A stretch of 64,000 nt of DNA from Octopus vulgaris (GCA_951406725.2 OX597818.1:99262001-99326000), one strand, 5' to 3'. Shown: positions 13,466-27,932, counted from the stretch's first letter. Translations and numbers: made by a program. The notes: a model not told the origin generated them from the letters alone.

Positions 13466-13533
<68 letters not shown>

Positions 13534-14726
13534 AGTCTTCTCTGTATTTCTTTTAAGTAATCTTCTTTCCCTCTGTTCTTTTCAAATATTCTTTCTCCAT
13601 CTTTCAAATAATAGTTTCATACTTCAATATTTCCCTTTGCTTTCTTTTTAAAATTCTTTCCTCTTTTATATTGTTTATCTTTTTCTTCTTTCATCTCAGT
13701 CGTATTTACTTTCTTTCTGGTTTTTCCCTCCTTATCATTCTTCCTTTTATCTTCTTTAGCATCCACGTTTTTCAGCTGCCTTTCTAGTCTCCTTTGATTG
13801 TCTCTTTCGTCCAAATTTTTTAATCATTCTTCTTCAGTTAACCTCTTTTGATCGTCCACTTTCAATCATGCTCTCTAATTCTGTTTTTCATTCTATTTTA
13901 TCGTTTCTTCTTCTCATCATCTATTTCTCTCACTATCTGCTTCTGTATTCGAACGAACAATAGTTTTAAATACACATACATAGGAGAACAAATAAATATA
14001 TACCTTTACCCCGAAAGAGAGAGAAGGAGAGAGAGAGCTTGCAGTCTACACACATTATTAACCGTTGCAATGACATTTACGGGAACTGCTAAGTGGACAG
14101 CACGTCCCCCTTTGCCTTTCCTCTGTCACAGCAAATACTGGGCTACGATTCATGTGGGAGCCTTACGTGGTCACCCGAAACGCTAGAAATAGTAGTCAAA
14201 TTTCCCCACAACTCCATTATTGTCTAACGCCTTACAAAATATATGTTGGATAATGTGGCCCTGGATTCCTTACGCGTAAGAAGGAGACAAAGATCATGGT
14301 TGGAATGCGTTTGGTCATAAGGTCAGCTTAATCATTACTGACCTGGGGTTAAACAACATCGACAAATAAACCAGTGAAGTTTGTGGAAGAAAAGGAATGC
14401 TTGATTGAATTAATGAATGAACAATTGAGGTATAACAGAGAAGCCAAAAAAAGGTATGATACAAGACTGGGAGTCTCAAGATATTTGTATGAAAGTAATA
14501 TTAAGGAGAAATGCCAAGGATTGGAGACTTTAGTGAGACTACACTTACGTGAACTTTAACTGTCGATGTGGTCGCAGGTGACAAGAACATTACTCAGTTC
14601 GTTTTAGTTTTGTCACTGCGGCCTGTTCTCTATACTTAAGTGTATATACATACATACACACACACAAGGACACACACACACACATATATATATAATATAA
14701 ATATAGGCAAATATACATACATATAT

Positions 14727-15148
14727 GGGATCTTTTCGGTTTGAACGGCAGTTTTTAAAATAATTTCCACATAACTAAACACTTTTAAACTTCGTATACT
14801 GGTAGAATGTGTTTATAAAACATCTTTTTCTTTTTGGCTTTATTGAGAAAATTCTATAGTTTGTAAGATATTTGTTGTTGTTTTTTTCTTCAATTTCAAC
14901 CAATCAATGACGTCTATTGAGGTAAAAAAAAACAATCTGTGCCGTATGAATATGTCCCTCGTTTAAGAAACAGATTGGGTTTATTTACATTTCTGAAGAA
15001 AAAAATATACCCTTCCCCCCACCCCTAACCCTAAAACAGATTGAAATGCAATAGATCGATACTAGGGTCATAATTATGGGTGACAATTTCATATGACACC
15101 GCTACAAAAAACGGTTAAAAAAACTGCCGTTCAAACCGAAAAGAACCC
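14727..15148. mobile_element. MITE with ~30-bp TIRs inserted in an (AT)n tract
   Basis: gggatcttttcggtttgaacggcagttttt ... aaaaactgccgttcaaaccgaaaagaaccc (1 mismatch); internal ccctaaccctaa. Confidence 0.9.
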
Positions 15149-15386
15149 ATATATGTATATGCCTACATATAAATGTATATGTATATACCTACATATAAAT
15201 GTATATGTACATGCATATATGGGTACAGGACATCAAAAAACGTAGACAAAATGAGAAACAAGAACATAGAAAACGAACTTCTTTTTCGAACGAAAGAAAC
15301 AAACAGAGACAGGCAACATAAAGAACATTCCCCTCATCAGTTGTTCTCTGTTTTATCTATTCCGCGTTTCGAAGATAGCCCCTATG

Positions 15387-15417
<31 letters not shown>

Positions 15418-15499
15418 AGGTATATACATATATGTATATATTTATATATTATTTATATTATTATTATTATATGATCGAACGCCACGCCTTCATTTCCAA

Positions 15500-15540
<41 letters not shown>

Positions 15541-18500
15541 TACACACACACACAATGTGATCATGTGTAATACATATGTACTGTACACCTATCGAAAGAT
15601 ACATATATGTATTAAGCTGAAGTTGCTGTTAATTTTAAAGGTTGTGGAATGAAAGTTTCTTCTCTTTATGTATTTATTTCTGATTTTTCTCTAACACAAG
15701 ATCCTTTTTCCTGCGGAACAGTGTACTTGCTTTTGTCTACGCTTATGTTTTGAAATTTATTGCATATATGTGAGTGTGTGTGTATTCATTCATGCATGCA
15801 AGTATAGATGTGTGTGTCTTCTACTCCAACTTGTTTCAGCTCAACTCTGGACTCCTGTCACGGAAAATTTCTGTGACAAGCTTAAGAATTTCGACTCCAC
15901 ATAGGTTAGCTTCTAAATCTTTACAATTACGTATTCTTTCAGTCTCTTCCACAGTTTATCTTTGACTGTAATATTCTCATTCGCTTTTTACCCCTTTTCC
16001 ATACTTCTTACTGTTCATTAACCATTGACCAAATTGCGCCTATATCCACGTGACTAGAGTCATAAAGAGCCCGTGAACCTATGTATAAAAAAAAATCGAT
16101 AATGTTAAGTATTCTGTCATAAAATAAATTTTGGTAAATGTGATTGCATTTCAATTGGTAGAGCTGACTCTGATGCATTTTTTGTTCTCAAAGTTAGAAT
16201 ATTGCTGAAAACCGTTTTCATTTACTGTGAAAAGATCGTTTATTCTGTACAACTGATGAGAGCTTCCAAATGTACCGAACAAATGTAGAGGAGAGGCAAA
16301 ATGAAAGAAGTTTCTCAAAAAGTATTTTCAGATTCTATTCAATAGAAGTTATCCTTAATATTAGTTGCTTTTGACTATGTACGAGGCCAGTGTTCTGAGT
16401 ACAATCAACTGAAATTACACTGCATACAACTCATTTTAACGATTCCTGGAGGTATGATAACAAAGTTGGCTTTAATGGTATTTGAACTCGAAGCGAATAA
16501 CAGAAAAATTCCATTTAATCCGACGCTCTGTTATCCTTATTTTCTTTAATATTGTTTTCTCTATCATGAGCAAATTCTTATACAGGTATCCCACAAAATG
16601 CCATACTGCAAGCAGTCTTGTATTTCTGAAGTATGTAACTGTGTTCACACAATCCACCTAGCCTACCTTCGTGTCATATCGCTAGTTGAGGTATAGCTAG
16701 GTGCGAGGTATAGCTGTTATTTCTAACAGATCGTATCACTACGCAGAGACTAGCTCGATGGCTCGAGCAAACAACAACATTTGGTTAATGTTATTATTTT
16801 AATTGTACAACTCTTCTCTCTCCACTCATTTTATTTAACAGACTGAAATTTCTCATATTTTACATTATCATCACCTCGTTATGCAACAATCCCCTTTCTA
16901 CATCGTACATAAGGAGACCCTTTCAGCAACTTGTAGAGATGATGAACTGCAGTCACTCGGAATTGACCAACCAGTATCTTTTCCAACATCATGCCTTTTC
17001 AGTCTTTTGGTGCACATGGTCTTTTAACTACCGTCTGTCCACTTGAAGCAGTTTGGCTGTCAGCTCATTGAAATTACGATGATTAAATAGATGATTCTCG
17101 GTTATTTCAGCGAATCTCACTTGCAATTAATTATTCGTAGAAATGCCGTCAGCATTATGGAATGTTTCGAGAATTACTAATATTACTGTATGTACCAAAG
17201 TACCTTACAAGTTCGTAAATGAATGCTGTCCACTCTACCCTTTTGTGTAGAAAAGTTCGCTATGTTCAGTTTTCTTGAGGAACAGAATACCTAATGTTTT
17301 GAATCCTTGATTCTTCGACTGAGAAAGAAAAAGAAAAAAAACGGTTCTGCCGCTTGGATTGTGATAAAAATATTAAAGTGGAGTGTAAAGGATATGGTTC
17401 ATGGTGAGAGAGAGAGAGAGAGAGAGAATATTATTATGAAAGAGTCAAAAGTTTTGGATGGGAAGTAAACGATAGAATATGAGAAAGCTGGCTGAAGCAA
17501 TGCCTCAAACTATGTACTCATTTCATCCATGGCATTATACTGGCTTCGTCCTGTGACAGTTAAGTGTCTATCGATCTATGTACTTATGGTTAGTTGAAAC
17601 GGTCGACACCGTTCATATTTTGAACTGCAAGTAAACGAAAATTTATCCTCTTAAGATATCATTATCATCACAATCCTCTCCCTCCCTCTCTTTATCTAAA
17701 TATTTTCTTCGCTCTCTGTATTTTAATATCCTTTTAAGCTTTATATTATGTTTCATCCCCACTGTTCTACTGTTCTCTACGTTTTCTCTCTTTCTGTTTT
17801 CTTTTATCCAGCTCTCTCACTGTCATTCAAACAGAAACACACACACACACACACAGTATTAACGTTTCCCTTAGTTAATTATTCTCTTCTTATTCTCACA
17901 CCATTCCGCACCATTTCCCCAGGCTTCCTCATCTCATAAGGAAGTATTTAGGAGTTAAATCCTTTATAGATAGCTATTCTGCATTTGATTAATTGACCCT
18001 TAAGCTAGGCCCATTTCTACTTTTCTCTTACTTTTCACTCTTACCCTTTTGATCACCATTGTTTCTTCCACCAAATAACTCCTAACATACTTTGTTCTGA
18101 TTTGAATTAAATTCTATTCCAAATACAACATCTTGTAAATACAACCATTCCATCCTATATTACTACAACTACCACCACCAACACCACGCTACTTTTAGTC
18201 CCCTGAAGAATAAAAGCAAAGTTGATTCTTAAAGCCACAAATTTGTAAGGGAGTGAGTGGGTAATGTAATAATTTGAATTGATCGTAGTGTGGTCTATAT
18301 TCAGATGGGATGAAAAGGCAAAGTTGACCCCGCTAAGATTTCAGCTTAGAATATGAAGGGACAGAACTCAATACTGCTTAAAATTTAATTCAATGATCAT
18401 TTATCTTTTTGTGCTCTGAATTCAAATTATTCTGATGTTGAATTTGTTTTTAATCTCTCCAAAAATCAATAAAATAAGTGCATGACTGGTTGTATAGTTA

Positions 18501-19384
18501 AGAAGTTTGCCTGATAACCACATGGCTTTGTGTTCAATCCCCACTGCATGTCACCTTAGGCAACTTTGTATTAACCAATACCTTGTGATTTGAATTTGTG
18601 TGTGTGTGTGTGTGTCTACATGTCTGTGCATGTGTGTTTGTATGTATACAATATGTTACATAAGAATAAATGTGATTCATGATACATGTGCATATATTTC
18701 ACTCTAAACAAGCTTTTCAGATGAATGGGTTAATTTTAATTTATAGAATTTATAGCAAAGAGAGGGAGGGGCTATCTGGTCATATGAATTTTCTAAATAT
18801 AAACAATTTATTTTCTGTCCACAAAGATATTGCATATAAAGTGTTTATGTCTGTGCGTTTAGAGTGTTATTTAAAAATCTATTGATATAGTCTGCCTTAT
18901 GGTATAGCAGAGAAACATGTTAACCTACTAGTAATCAAATTAACTGCTAAGAATGATGTTATTTGCAAATTGATCTATTCAGTTTACTTAAGTCCCTAGT
19001 ATTAGTGGGTATATAAATAAAGACAAAGACAGTTAAAAAGGGACACTCAGTAGCTGATGAAATTCCAACACAAGATTGGAATTAGTCTAACCATTCCTTC
19101 TTCTATTCCTGAATGTATTGCATATAAAAACAAGTGACTGATTAAAAACCTACAGATTTATTTTGTCATACAGCATGGAATTGAAACAAGACACTATTAA
19201 GCCTATTACTAACATTCGTAGTTTATTAAAGAATCCAACTTGCAAGAATGCATCATACATGAAATCTGTTTACCTAGTTTATTTAATCTCTTAGTAATCA
19301 TTGAGTTTATAAATACCACTTTTGTGAACGAGGTGGCTCAGTTGCAGATGAAATCTAAACACAGGCTTGTTCTTTATATATATA

Positions 19385-20118
19385 TCATCATCATCATTTA
19401 ACGTCCGCTTTCCATGCTAGCATGGGTTGGACGGTTCAACTGGGGTCTGAGGAGCCCGAAGGCTGCACCAGGCCAGTCAGATCTGGCAGTGTTTCTATAG
19501 CTGGATGCCCTTCCTAACGCCAACCACTCCGAGAGTGTAGTGGGTGATTTTATGTGCCAGACGAGGCTGGCGAACGGCCACGCTCGGATGGTGTTTTTTT
19601 TTATGTGCCACCGACACAGTGCCAGACGAGGCTGGCAGACGGCCACGCTCGGATGGTGTTTTTATGTGCCACCGACACAGGTGCCAGATGAGGCTGGCGA
19701 ACAGCCACGATCGGATGGTGTTTGTTAAGTGCCCACAGCACGGAGGCCAGTCGATGCGGTACTGGCTACGGCCACGTTCGGATGGTTTTCTTGTATGCCA
19801 CCGGCACTGGTACCACAAAGATACAAATTCCATTGATGTTCATCTATTTTGATTTGATTTGATTTGATTTTGATTTTGATTTTCACTTGCCTCAACAGGT
19901 CTTCACAAGATGTTCATCTATTTTGATTTGATTTGATTTGATTTTGATTTTGATTTTCACTTGCCTCACCAGGTCTTCACAAGTGTCACAAGAAGGAAGG
20001 TATGCACAGGTGGACTGACTACGTCCCAGGTAGGGGTCACGGGTTATGGCCTGACTTGCTGGGTCTTCGGATGGTGTTTTTATGTGCCATCGACACAGGT
20101 GCCAGATGAGGTTGGCGA
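19385..20118 (-). mobile_element. RTE-tail repeat family, long rearranged copy
   Basis: Same tail and units plus a (GATTT)n tract, a 73-bp direct duplication (19836-19982) and a restart of the unit at ~20068. Confidence 0.85.
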
Positions 20119-23100
20119 AATATATATATATATATATAATGTAAAGAGAGAGGCAGACAGACAAATATACAGTAATACAGAACATATAACTGAATACTAT
20201 TAATGCACCAATGATTTGTTAAATTATTTATATATAAAAACATACTTGAAGATCAAGCAATGGTACCAAATAATTAGTATGATAGCTGTAATTTATTTGA
20301 CCAGTTTATTTATTGCCTGTGGTCCAGTAACATTGTAAGTCAATCAATCAAACATTACATTTGTGGTACTTAATTCATTAATATATGCTAACATATTCCA
20401 ATAGCCACCAGAGTAAGAAAAGGTAAAAGTGACCTCAGTGAAATTTGAGCTTATAATGAAGAAAGGACTAAAACTGCCAAGAGGTATGCTTAAGAAATCT
20501 AACTGAAATTAATGCTTTCATATTAAAAACATGGTGCTAAACCAAGAGAAAAGAACCTTATGTGTTTTTTATTTTTATTTTTAATTTGAAGACTACATTT
20601 CAATTAATGTAGACTTGATTTGGCAGCATGTATCAAACTTCATGCTGATGCAGTGATAATATTCTGTAAAAATGAGTTAATTAAAAATATAATTACTTTT
20701 GTGACATTTACATGCTATATATAAGTTATTGATTATTTTGCATCACCAGTATACTATTATTTCAAAAGTAAATGGAAAATAAAGATTTGGAATTTGCGGA
20801 TAGACAGCAGGCTGTCACAACTATTGCTTTGTCTCAAAGCTGCAGGTTCCCTACCTCTTTTTACACACAAAATAAAACAAATCAAATATATAGGATTTGA
20901 AAATAATAAACATGCAAATGTAATTTGCCCTGGAGTTTAAACATTTGATGAACATGGTGAAGGCAAGTTCTAGTTATTCAGTACTTATAGCGATTTATTT
21001 GTTATCAATGAGCAATTATCTAACCAACCCTGGGATAATCCTGTTAGGCTAGTAGGGAATCTTAAATGACAATCCTGTAAGTAGGTAGCCCAATAGCAAT
21101 TTTTAGTTAAGTGGAGAACTGGATGCTGTGTACTAGAGTCAGGCTGTCTGTCTAGTATGCTTGCTGACACTAAAGATTAGATTTGGAGTGATATAAATTG
21201 CTGCTGACACTCTTCTAGAGAATGAAGAGGTTTGAATTAAGACTGGTAACTGGTTGTCGCAGTATGTATATGTGTTTGACAATGTATAAGTGGAAACAGA
21301 AGTGTGTACATCATAGATGTATAGTCAGAGACTTTGGATTTAGCCAAGTTTGATGTTAAGGGAATTTGAGGTGTTAAGTAGAAAGTTTGTCGATTACTTT
21401 AAATGAATGACCCTACAAAGAGTATAATAATGGTTAGTGAAGAACAGGATAAGTATTTATGATTTATTTTCTTTGAAGACAAAAACAAATCTCAAGATAC
21501 CAAAAGTTATTGATTACTTGCATAAGCTGAAGACCTCAGATTATTAAGAGACGAATATTGTGATTGTGTAATGTTTATGCTTTTCTCAATAGCTCTGTAA
21601 AGGGAATGGAATGGCTTAAAGGATCGTGATTGAAACCAGTTCATGATCTCAGTGCACAAGGAGTTTATCTGTTGCTTTATTATGTTTTCCATTGCATCAG
21701 TAATTCATTGTTTAAAGATTCACAGGAGAGCTATAGATGGCTACTGACTAAAAAAGTCACTGGACTACATGATAATGGGTTCGATATACACATCCTGACA
21801 AGAACAATATGCTGCATCCATTCTAAAGATACTTTAGACAACTCAGTCTTCTTAACAGTTGATAGGGACCACAGGATAAGTCACACTCTTAAAAAAAAAA
21901 TGAAGAAAAAAACTAGATAGGGTGGAATCTAATTGTACAGTGCCTGAGAAGAAGATTGCTGGAATGTTTTTGATTAGAAATCAGCTCTACCAGAAGTGAC
22001 ATGTGGTAGAAGAAGATGAAATAGTTGTAGTGTTAGTAGTTAGCAAGTATTTTGTTGATTTACAATACCGATCTCAAATGCTCTCAGAGATAGTGATTCT
22101 AGCTTAGCAAAGATTTATCTCCCAACTACTTAATGCTATATAAACAGGAATTTACTGCTAGTCTAGGAGATCTGTAAAGATAATTAAATTACTATATGTG
22201 TCAGGAGAAAGAACATTATTCATGAACCTTTGCAGGTCCTTGAGGGAGGGGATTCTCAAATTACGGGCCTAGCCCTGATACTTGTAACAGAGTGGACACT
22301 GCTAAAAGCACCCAAGGGCCAGGTAGTGGTATTTTAATCAGGAAACAAATTGGCTCTGCTACCCAAGTAAGCCACAGAGAGATTCCAGCCTGGAATGCAA
22401 AAAGCCAGAACACATACCACAAGGCATCCTGATTGATGCTTTTAGCAATTTTGCTAGTCCGCCACCCTAAACTGGTACTTTATTTATCTATCCCAGCAGA
22501 ATGAAAACCTAAATCAATTTCAGCTAGATTTAAAATCAGAATGCAAGAAACCAGAATAATTACTACAAAGCATTTTATCCTCTGACTTTGTCAGTTTGCT
22601 TGAATGATTTTGCAAGTAGAGAGAATAAGAATTATCACACATTGTTCATAGTTTTCAGCAGGCATTTAGAGATATAAAGTGAAGCAGTGAAAACACTTTG
22701 TAAATAAGAATGAAAACAAAATAATAAATATGGCTTGCCATAATTTTAACCCTTCTGATGAAATGCACTGCTTTTGTGTCCATTAATTTTGAAAATTATA
22801 TAAAAAATTTCTGAAATAACTTTGTCATTTAGAGTATAAATTATCAAAAAATCTTGGTCGGTGGTTTCAATTTAGATCACTTTTAAACAGGATATTTGTA
22901 TCAAGAACCATGGTGGTCTGGTCAAGTTAGCTGTTGGGTTTGCTCTCTCTTCATATCTGGTGTGGTACCAGATATGAATAAAAAAAATTTTTTCAGAAAA
23001 ATGTACTAAAGTGGATTATGAAATATTCCTTTTCCTCACTGTGGCACTCTTATATTTTTCGTTGTGTTGCTTGTCATTTATTTCTATTTTACTGAATATT

Positions 23101-24669
23101 GTGTTGACCAGTTCCAGAGTATAGAATGTTTAAAGACTTATGTCTCATGTGGTCTACAACTATAAAATAGGAGGAACTCTGTCAAATTCATACATGACAA
23201 AAATTATATTTGAAAATATATCAATTAGTAAACAGCAATAAAATTGACCTGAATAATAATAACAATAACAATTGGAATAATGATAATAATAATAGTGACT
23301 GAAATGATTTTAAAAAATCAGAAGTAAAAGGAAAAATTTAGAATTTTCTGATTAATCTATTACCTAATTATATATAATTGCAATTTTGGTCCGTATTTTA
23401 TTCTTTTTTTAAAATTATTTATATTCATTAATTTAATGTGTATGCATCAAGATCAATGACTTGCTATTCAATTGCTTTCTATAACAACAATGTAAATAAA
23501 AATAATAAATAAATAAAAATATGGTGTCTTCTGATGATTACAAAATGTTTCATACGCACACATATACAAACACGTGTGTGGGAATAGAACAACACACTAA
23601 ATTTCAGCACAGAAACACACATACAATAAACACATTTCCCCAAATAACAACATTACACACACACACACACATGCACGCACGCACACACACACACACAAAC
23701 ATGTACACACACTCTCAAATGTCTGCATGCATACAAACACACACAAAGATAACACATTTGCAGTTTTACATAAACAACAAAAAATTTACAAAATATACAT
23801 ACAATAATTTTAAAAATGCACATGCATCATATTACACATTCAAAGATCACTCCCATACATTTTAACATATACATACACATATATACATGTGTGTGTATAA
23901 ACCTATAAAAATATACAAATATACAAACAGGAAAAAAAAAGAAATACACTACATGTAAACTCATGAACGTACACATGTGTGTGATGATTTTCTGAAAACC
24001 ATATTCACATATAAACTTGCAAAAAAAAAAAAAATCCCTTAAATACACACACATCACACGTACAAACACTTTTTTCTGTTTCTCTATCTTACTCTCTCAC
24101 TAGTGCCATTTCTTTCTTTTATTAACATACACATGCGTATATAAACACGCACACATATTTAGAAAAAATGAAAATAATTCAACTACTTCCTTAGACACAC
24201 AAACGTGTAAATGTGCACATTAAACTAGTGTACAGCCATGCTCAGATACAAACTCACACACTCACATTTTCTCTATCTCAGTCTCTCATGCACACATACT
24301 CAGGTACATATGCACACTTTACATATATACGCAAGTTCATGCATAAATCAAAGTTAAAAATATACTTTTCACATTCATTCAACAATTTCATAACCTGGTA
24401 TCAAAAACAGAAAAGTAATTGAAGTGAAAATAAAATAAAAAGTGACTGAAATTCAAATACTGTTTTTTTTCTTTTTTTCATTTTCCTTTTTCTTTTTTGA
24501 AATAGAAAAAAGTGAGCTTTTCATAATTAAGCAGATAACGAAGAGAAATAAGCATGATACTGATAAAGAAGCAAAATAGACAGATCAATAGATAGATAGA
24601 CTGACAGATAAAAAGATAGATAGAAAGACAGTTGTGTGTGCGTATATATTTATATGCGTGTGTACGTCT

Positions 24670-24985
24670 ATACAAAGTGGGCCATTACAAAACATTTTAG
24701 ATACAAGTATCTTGCATTATAAAAATAATACTTGATATAGTTATTAAATAACTGATATACAGGAGTCTAACGTATCTAAGATTTTACTATTTTTCACAAA
24801 TAGTTGGTGTTGGTAACCCTCATAATATTGTGGATTCAAAAAGAAATTGCATTTGTGGTCGAAGCATTCTTCACCAGCCAAAGATCCATCATTGCAAACC
24901 AAAGAAAACTCTGACAGCAATTTGGAAAACAATGGGCACTATCCTGAAAGGTGATCCTGCATGCTGTTAGAAACTTGACTTGTGA
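24670..24985 (+). mobile_element. Tc1/mariner (DD37D/maT-like, DUF4817-type HTH) 5' fragment
   Basis: Plus-strand IAFVVEAFFTSQRSIIANQRKL*QQFGKQWALS*KVILHAVRN resembles the N-terminal HTH of these transposases; in-frame stops present. Confidence 0.6.
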
Positions 24986-25693
24986 CCAACCAGTAACAAA
25001 AATACAGTTGACAAGAACAGTAGCACTGCCAACAACAAAAATAACCTCACCATCTATAATAAAACAATACAACAAACACCACCATAATTACTAACTCACC
25101 AATTTTTTACTAACCACCTGGCAACAACTATAATAGTACCAGCATGATAGCAATGTGTGTAGCTACCTATATTCTATGTCAACACAACAGTGTGTGTGTG
25201 TGTTTCAGTAAACTGTTATAATTTTGTGGCTCAAGTCAGAGATGGAAAGTACCCATGAACCTGGTAACCCTTCAACCAACTGTAATCATACCATTCCTTC
25301 CACTTCTCTCTTTCACTCTTTTATCTTATCATTTCGATAGAAATAAGACGAATTTTTCTCTTGCAAAACGCTTCTTTCTTAGTCCTGTATTATTTACTTC
25401 ATAATTTTTGTAGGTAATTGTTGTTTACTACCACTAGGATTTACCTACAATTCAAGATATCTGAGATAAAAAGGTATCATGTGGAATTGAAGTGTGAAAA
25501 GGGTTGTAAAGGGATTACACTAAATTTCAAGATGTTTTAAGAAGGACTGATGCTGGGAGAAAAAATCAACCTCACTACCAAAACATTACAGCTTGCAACA
25601 TTTTCTATGAGAACAATAAGTGACAATAGAGAAAAAATTAAGTTAAGTGCTTAATAAGTTAATTTGTTAACTCAAACCATATATTTTTCATAG

Positions 25694-26232
25694 ATCATCA
25701 TCATCATCATCATTTAGTGTCCGCTTTCCATGCTAGCATGGGTTGGACGGTTCAACTGGGGTCTGGGAAGCCAGAAGGCTGCATCAGACCCAGTCTGATC
25801 TGGCAGTGTTTCTACGGCTGGATGCCCTTCCTAACGCCAACCACTCCGTGAGTGTAGCGGGTGCTTTTTACGTGCCACCCGCACAGGTGCCAGACGGGGC
25901 TGGCAAACAGCCACGGATGGATGGTGCTTTTTATGTGCCACCGGCATGGGGGCCAGGCGGGGCTGGCCAACGACCACGATCGGATGGTGCTTTTTACATG
26001 CCACCAGCACGGGGGCCAGGTGAGACTGGCAACGGCCACGAAGGGATAGTGCTTTTTACGTGCCACCGGCACGGAGGCCAGTCGGGGCAGTGCTGGCAAC
26101 GGCCACAATCGGACGGTTCGCTTACTTGTCACCGGCACTGGTATCACAGCTGCAATTTCCATTGATGTTGATCGACTTAGATTTTGGTTCTGCTTTCTGA
26201 TATCTGATTTGATTTGATTTTGATTTTGATTT
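25694..26232 (-). mobile_element. RTE-tail repeat family copy with 4-5 diverged units
   Basis: Same tail, units and terminal (GATTT)n tract. Confidence 0.85.
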
Positions 26233-27428
26233 ACTTTTGATATAGTTATTAAATAACTATATCTAAAGTGGATCTCCTCCTGAGTCGTTGAGGATCAGAC
26301 TAGACATAATGTTTGCAGACAAATGTGAAACTTCTAATGAGAAGCTTTTCTGGCTAGTAAAGGCTGGTTTGAAAGGTTTAAGAAGCTGTTGAATTTCCAA
26401 ACTATATAAATGACTGGTAATGCTGCCAAACAAGAGGTATTGCTGACTTGAATTTTAAAACGCCCTTTTGTCGACTATCAATTTATCAAAAAAAAAAGCT
26501 TTATTTATAACAGTATTAACATATGAAATGATATTTTACCATGAAAGCTAAAAAACATTTTTTCGCTGTCAAATTTTTTTTTAAATCATTAAAAACCCAC
26601 CTTCTGCTGAACCAAACTCAATTATAAACTTTATTTTATAGACCTACAGTTTTATATTTCTAGACTTAAAGAGATTTACTTTTTATATACACTTCTGACC
26701 ACCTTGCTTGCATGCAAGGAATGTTTCTTTTTTTTTATAATTACTGACCTATTTATTTTTTATCTTTTGACCTCCCACCAACTTGCTCAGATCAGCTAAG
26801 CTGCCAAATGGCTTAATCCGATTTTTTATGCAATCTTTGAAAAATTTTTTATTGTAATCAGTATAAAAATATTTGATGTAAATTGGATTAATAAATATAT
26901 TTATTATTTATTTATTAATTGTTAATACATAGACTATGGCTAATTACCCTGAACCACTGAAAAAAAAAAATATTGCTTAGTGGGACTACACACCACAGCA
27001 AATATGCAACATTGATTAAACTGCATTTTCCCAGATGTGCATGTAACATAAAAATACAAAATGAATTTAAATTGGTATGAATTTCTCAATGAGCTGTGCT
27101 AAGAGATGATGCACCATAAACATCAAACAACTCTGGATAAGTTCTTCATCCCACAAACAAATTGTGATGATGATAAACTCAATAGCAGAAGATAGTGTAA
27201 ATCTCAGTCCATCACCATCATCTCATTCCATCACCATCCTTAACATCAGCAGTCATCTTTTGTAGTAAGAATATCCATTGTCATGATATGATTCTTTATT
27301 TCCTATCCTATTTCTTTTGAAATTTATACATTCAGTACTGTGTATGTTTAGAAATTGTTATTTTCATGCATAAAAGTGGTTGTACTGCTTGTTTTTTGTT
27401 GTTTTTTGTTTGAAAATATCCATTGAGA

Positions 27429-27497
27429 CTTATTCTCACTTCATAACATGAGAAAATATATCTTATTCTCACTTCATAACATGAGAAAATATATCTT
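27429..27497. repeat. Perfect 33-bp tandem duplication
   Basis: cttattctcacttcataacatgagaaaatatat x2. Confidence 0.95.
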
Positions 27498-27932
27498 GCA
27501 TCATGGAATTTTATGTTGCAGCAAGTTTTTCAGGAACACATAACTCACTTATCAAAGGAGATTCTTGTATTTAGTCATCACTGCTTTTGTAAATTCATTA
27601 AAATTTACCAGATACATAATATGTGTCATATTCAAACACCCTTGCTATATACACAATACAAACACTCTTGCTATATACATGATACAAATTCACATACATT
27701 TCAATAAATTTCAAATTCCTTTTCATAATGCATAGCAAAGATGGAAAAAAATTCCATGATCTGACCTGAATTTGTTCAGCTTACAAAAGACAGAGATGGC
27801 ATACTCACCTGAAAATTAAAAAAAAAGAATAATCATTATAATAAAATTTTTTAATTAGTAATTTAATACATAGACATGAAGCCTCAAATAATTAGGGGAT
27901 GGGGAAAGGGTTATAATGATTATAAGTCTTAC

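Noticed and set aside
24744-25075. Minus-strand ORFs with an acceptor-like cctttcAG
   Set aside because: The opposite strand is better explained as a broken Tc1/mariner HTH.
25395-25420. Plus-strand AG|GT sites (25412, also ~34625, ~41504, ~51873)
   Set aside because: Donor matches are weaker and expected by chance in T-rich DNA; there is no supporting exon structure.
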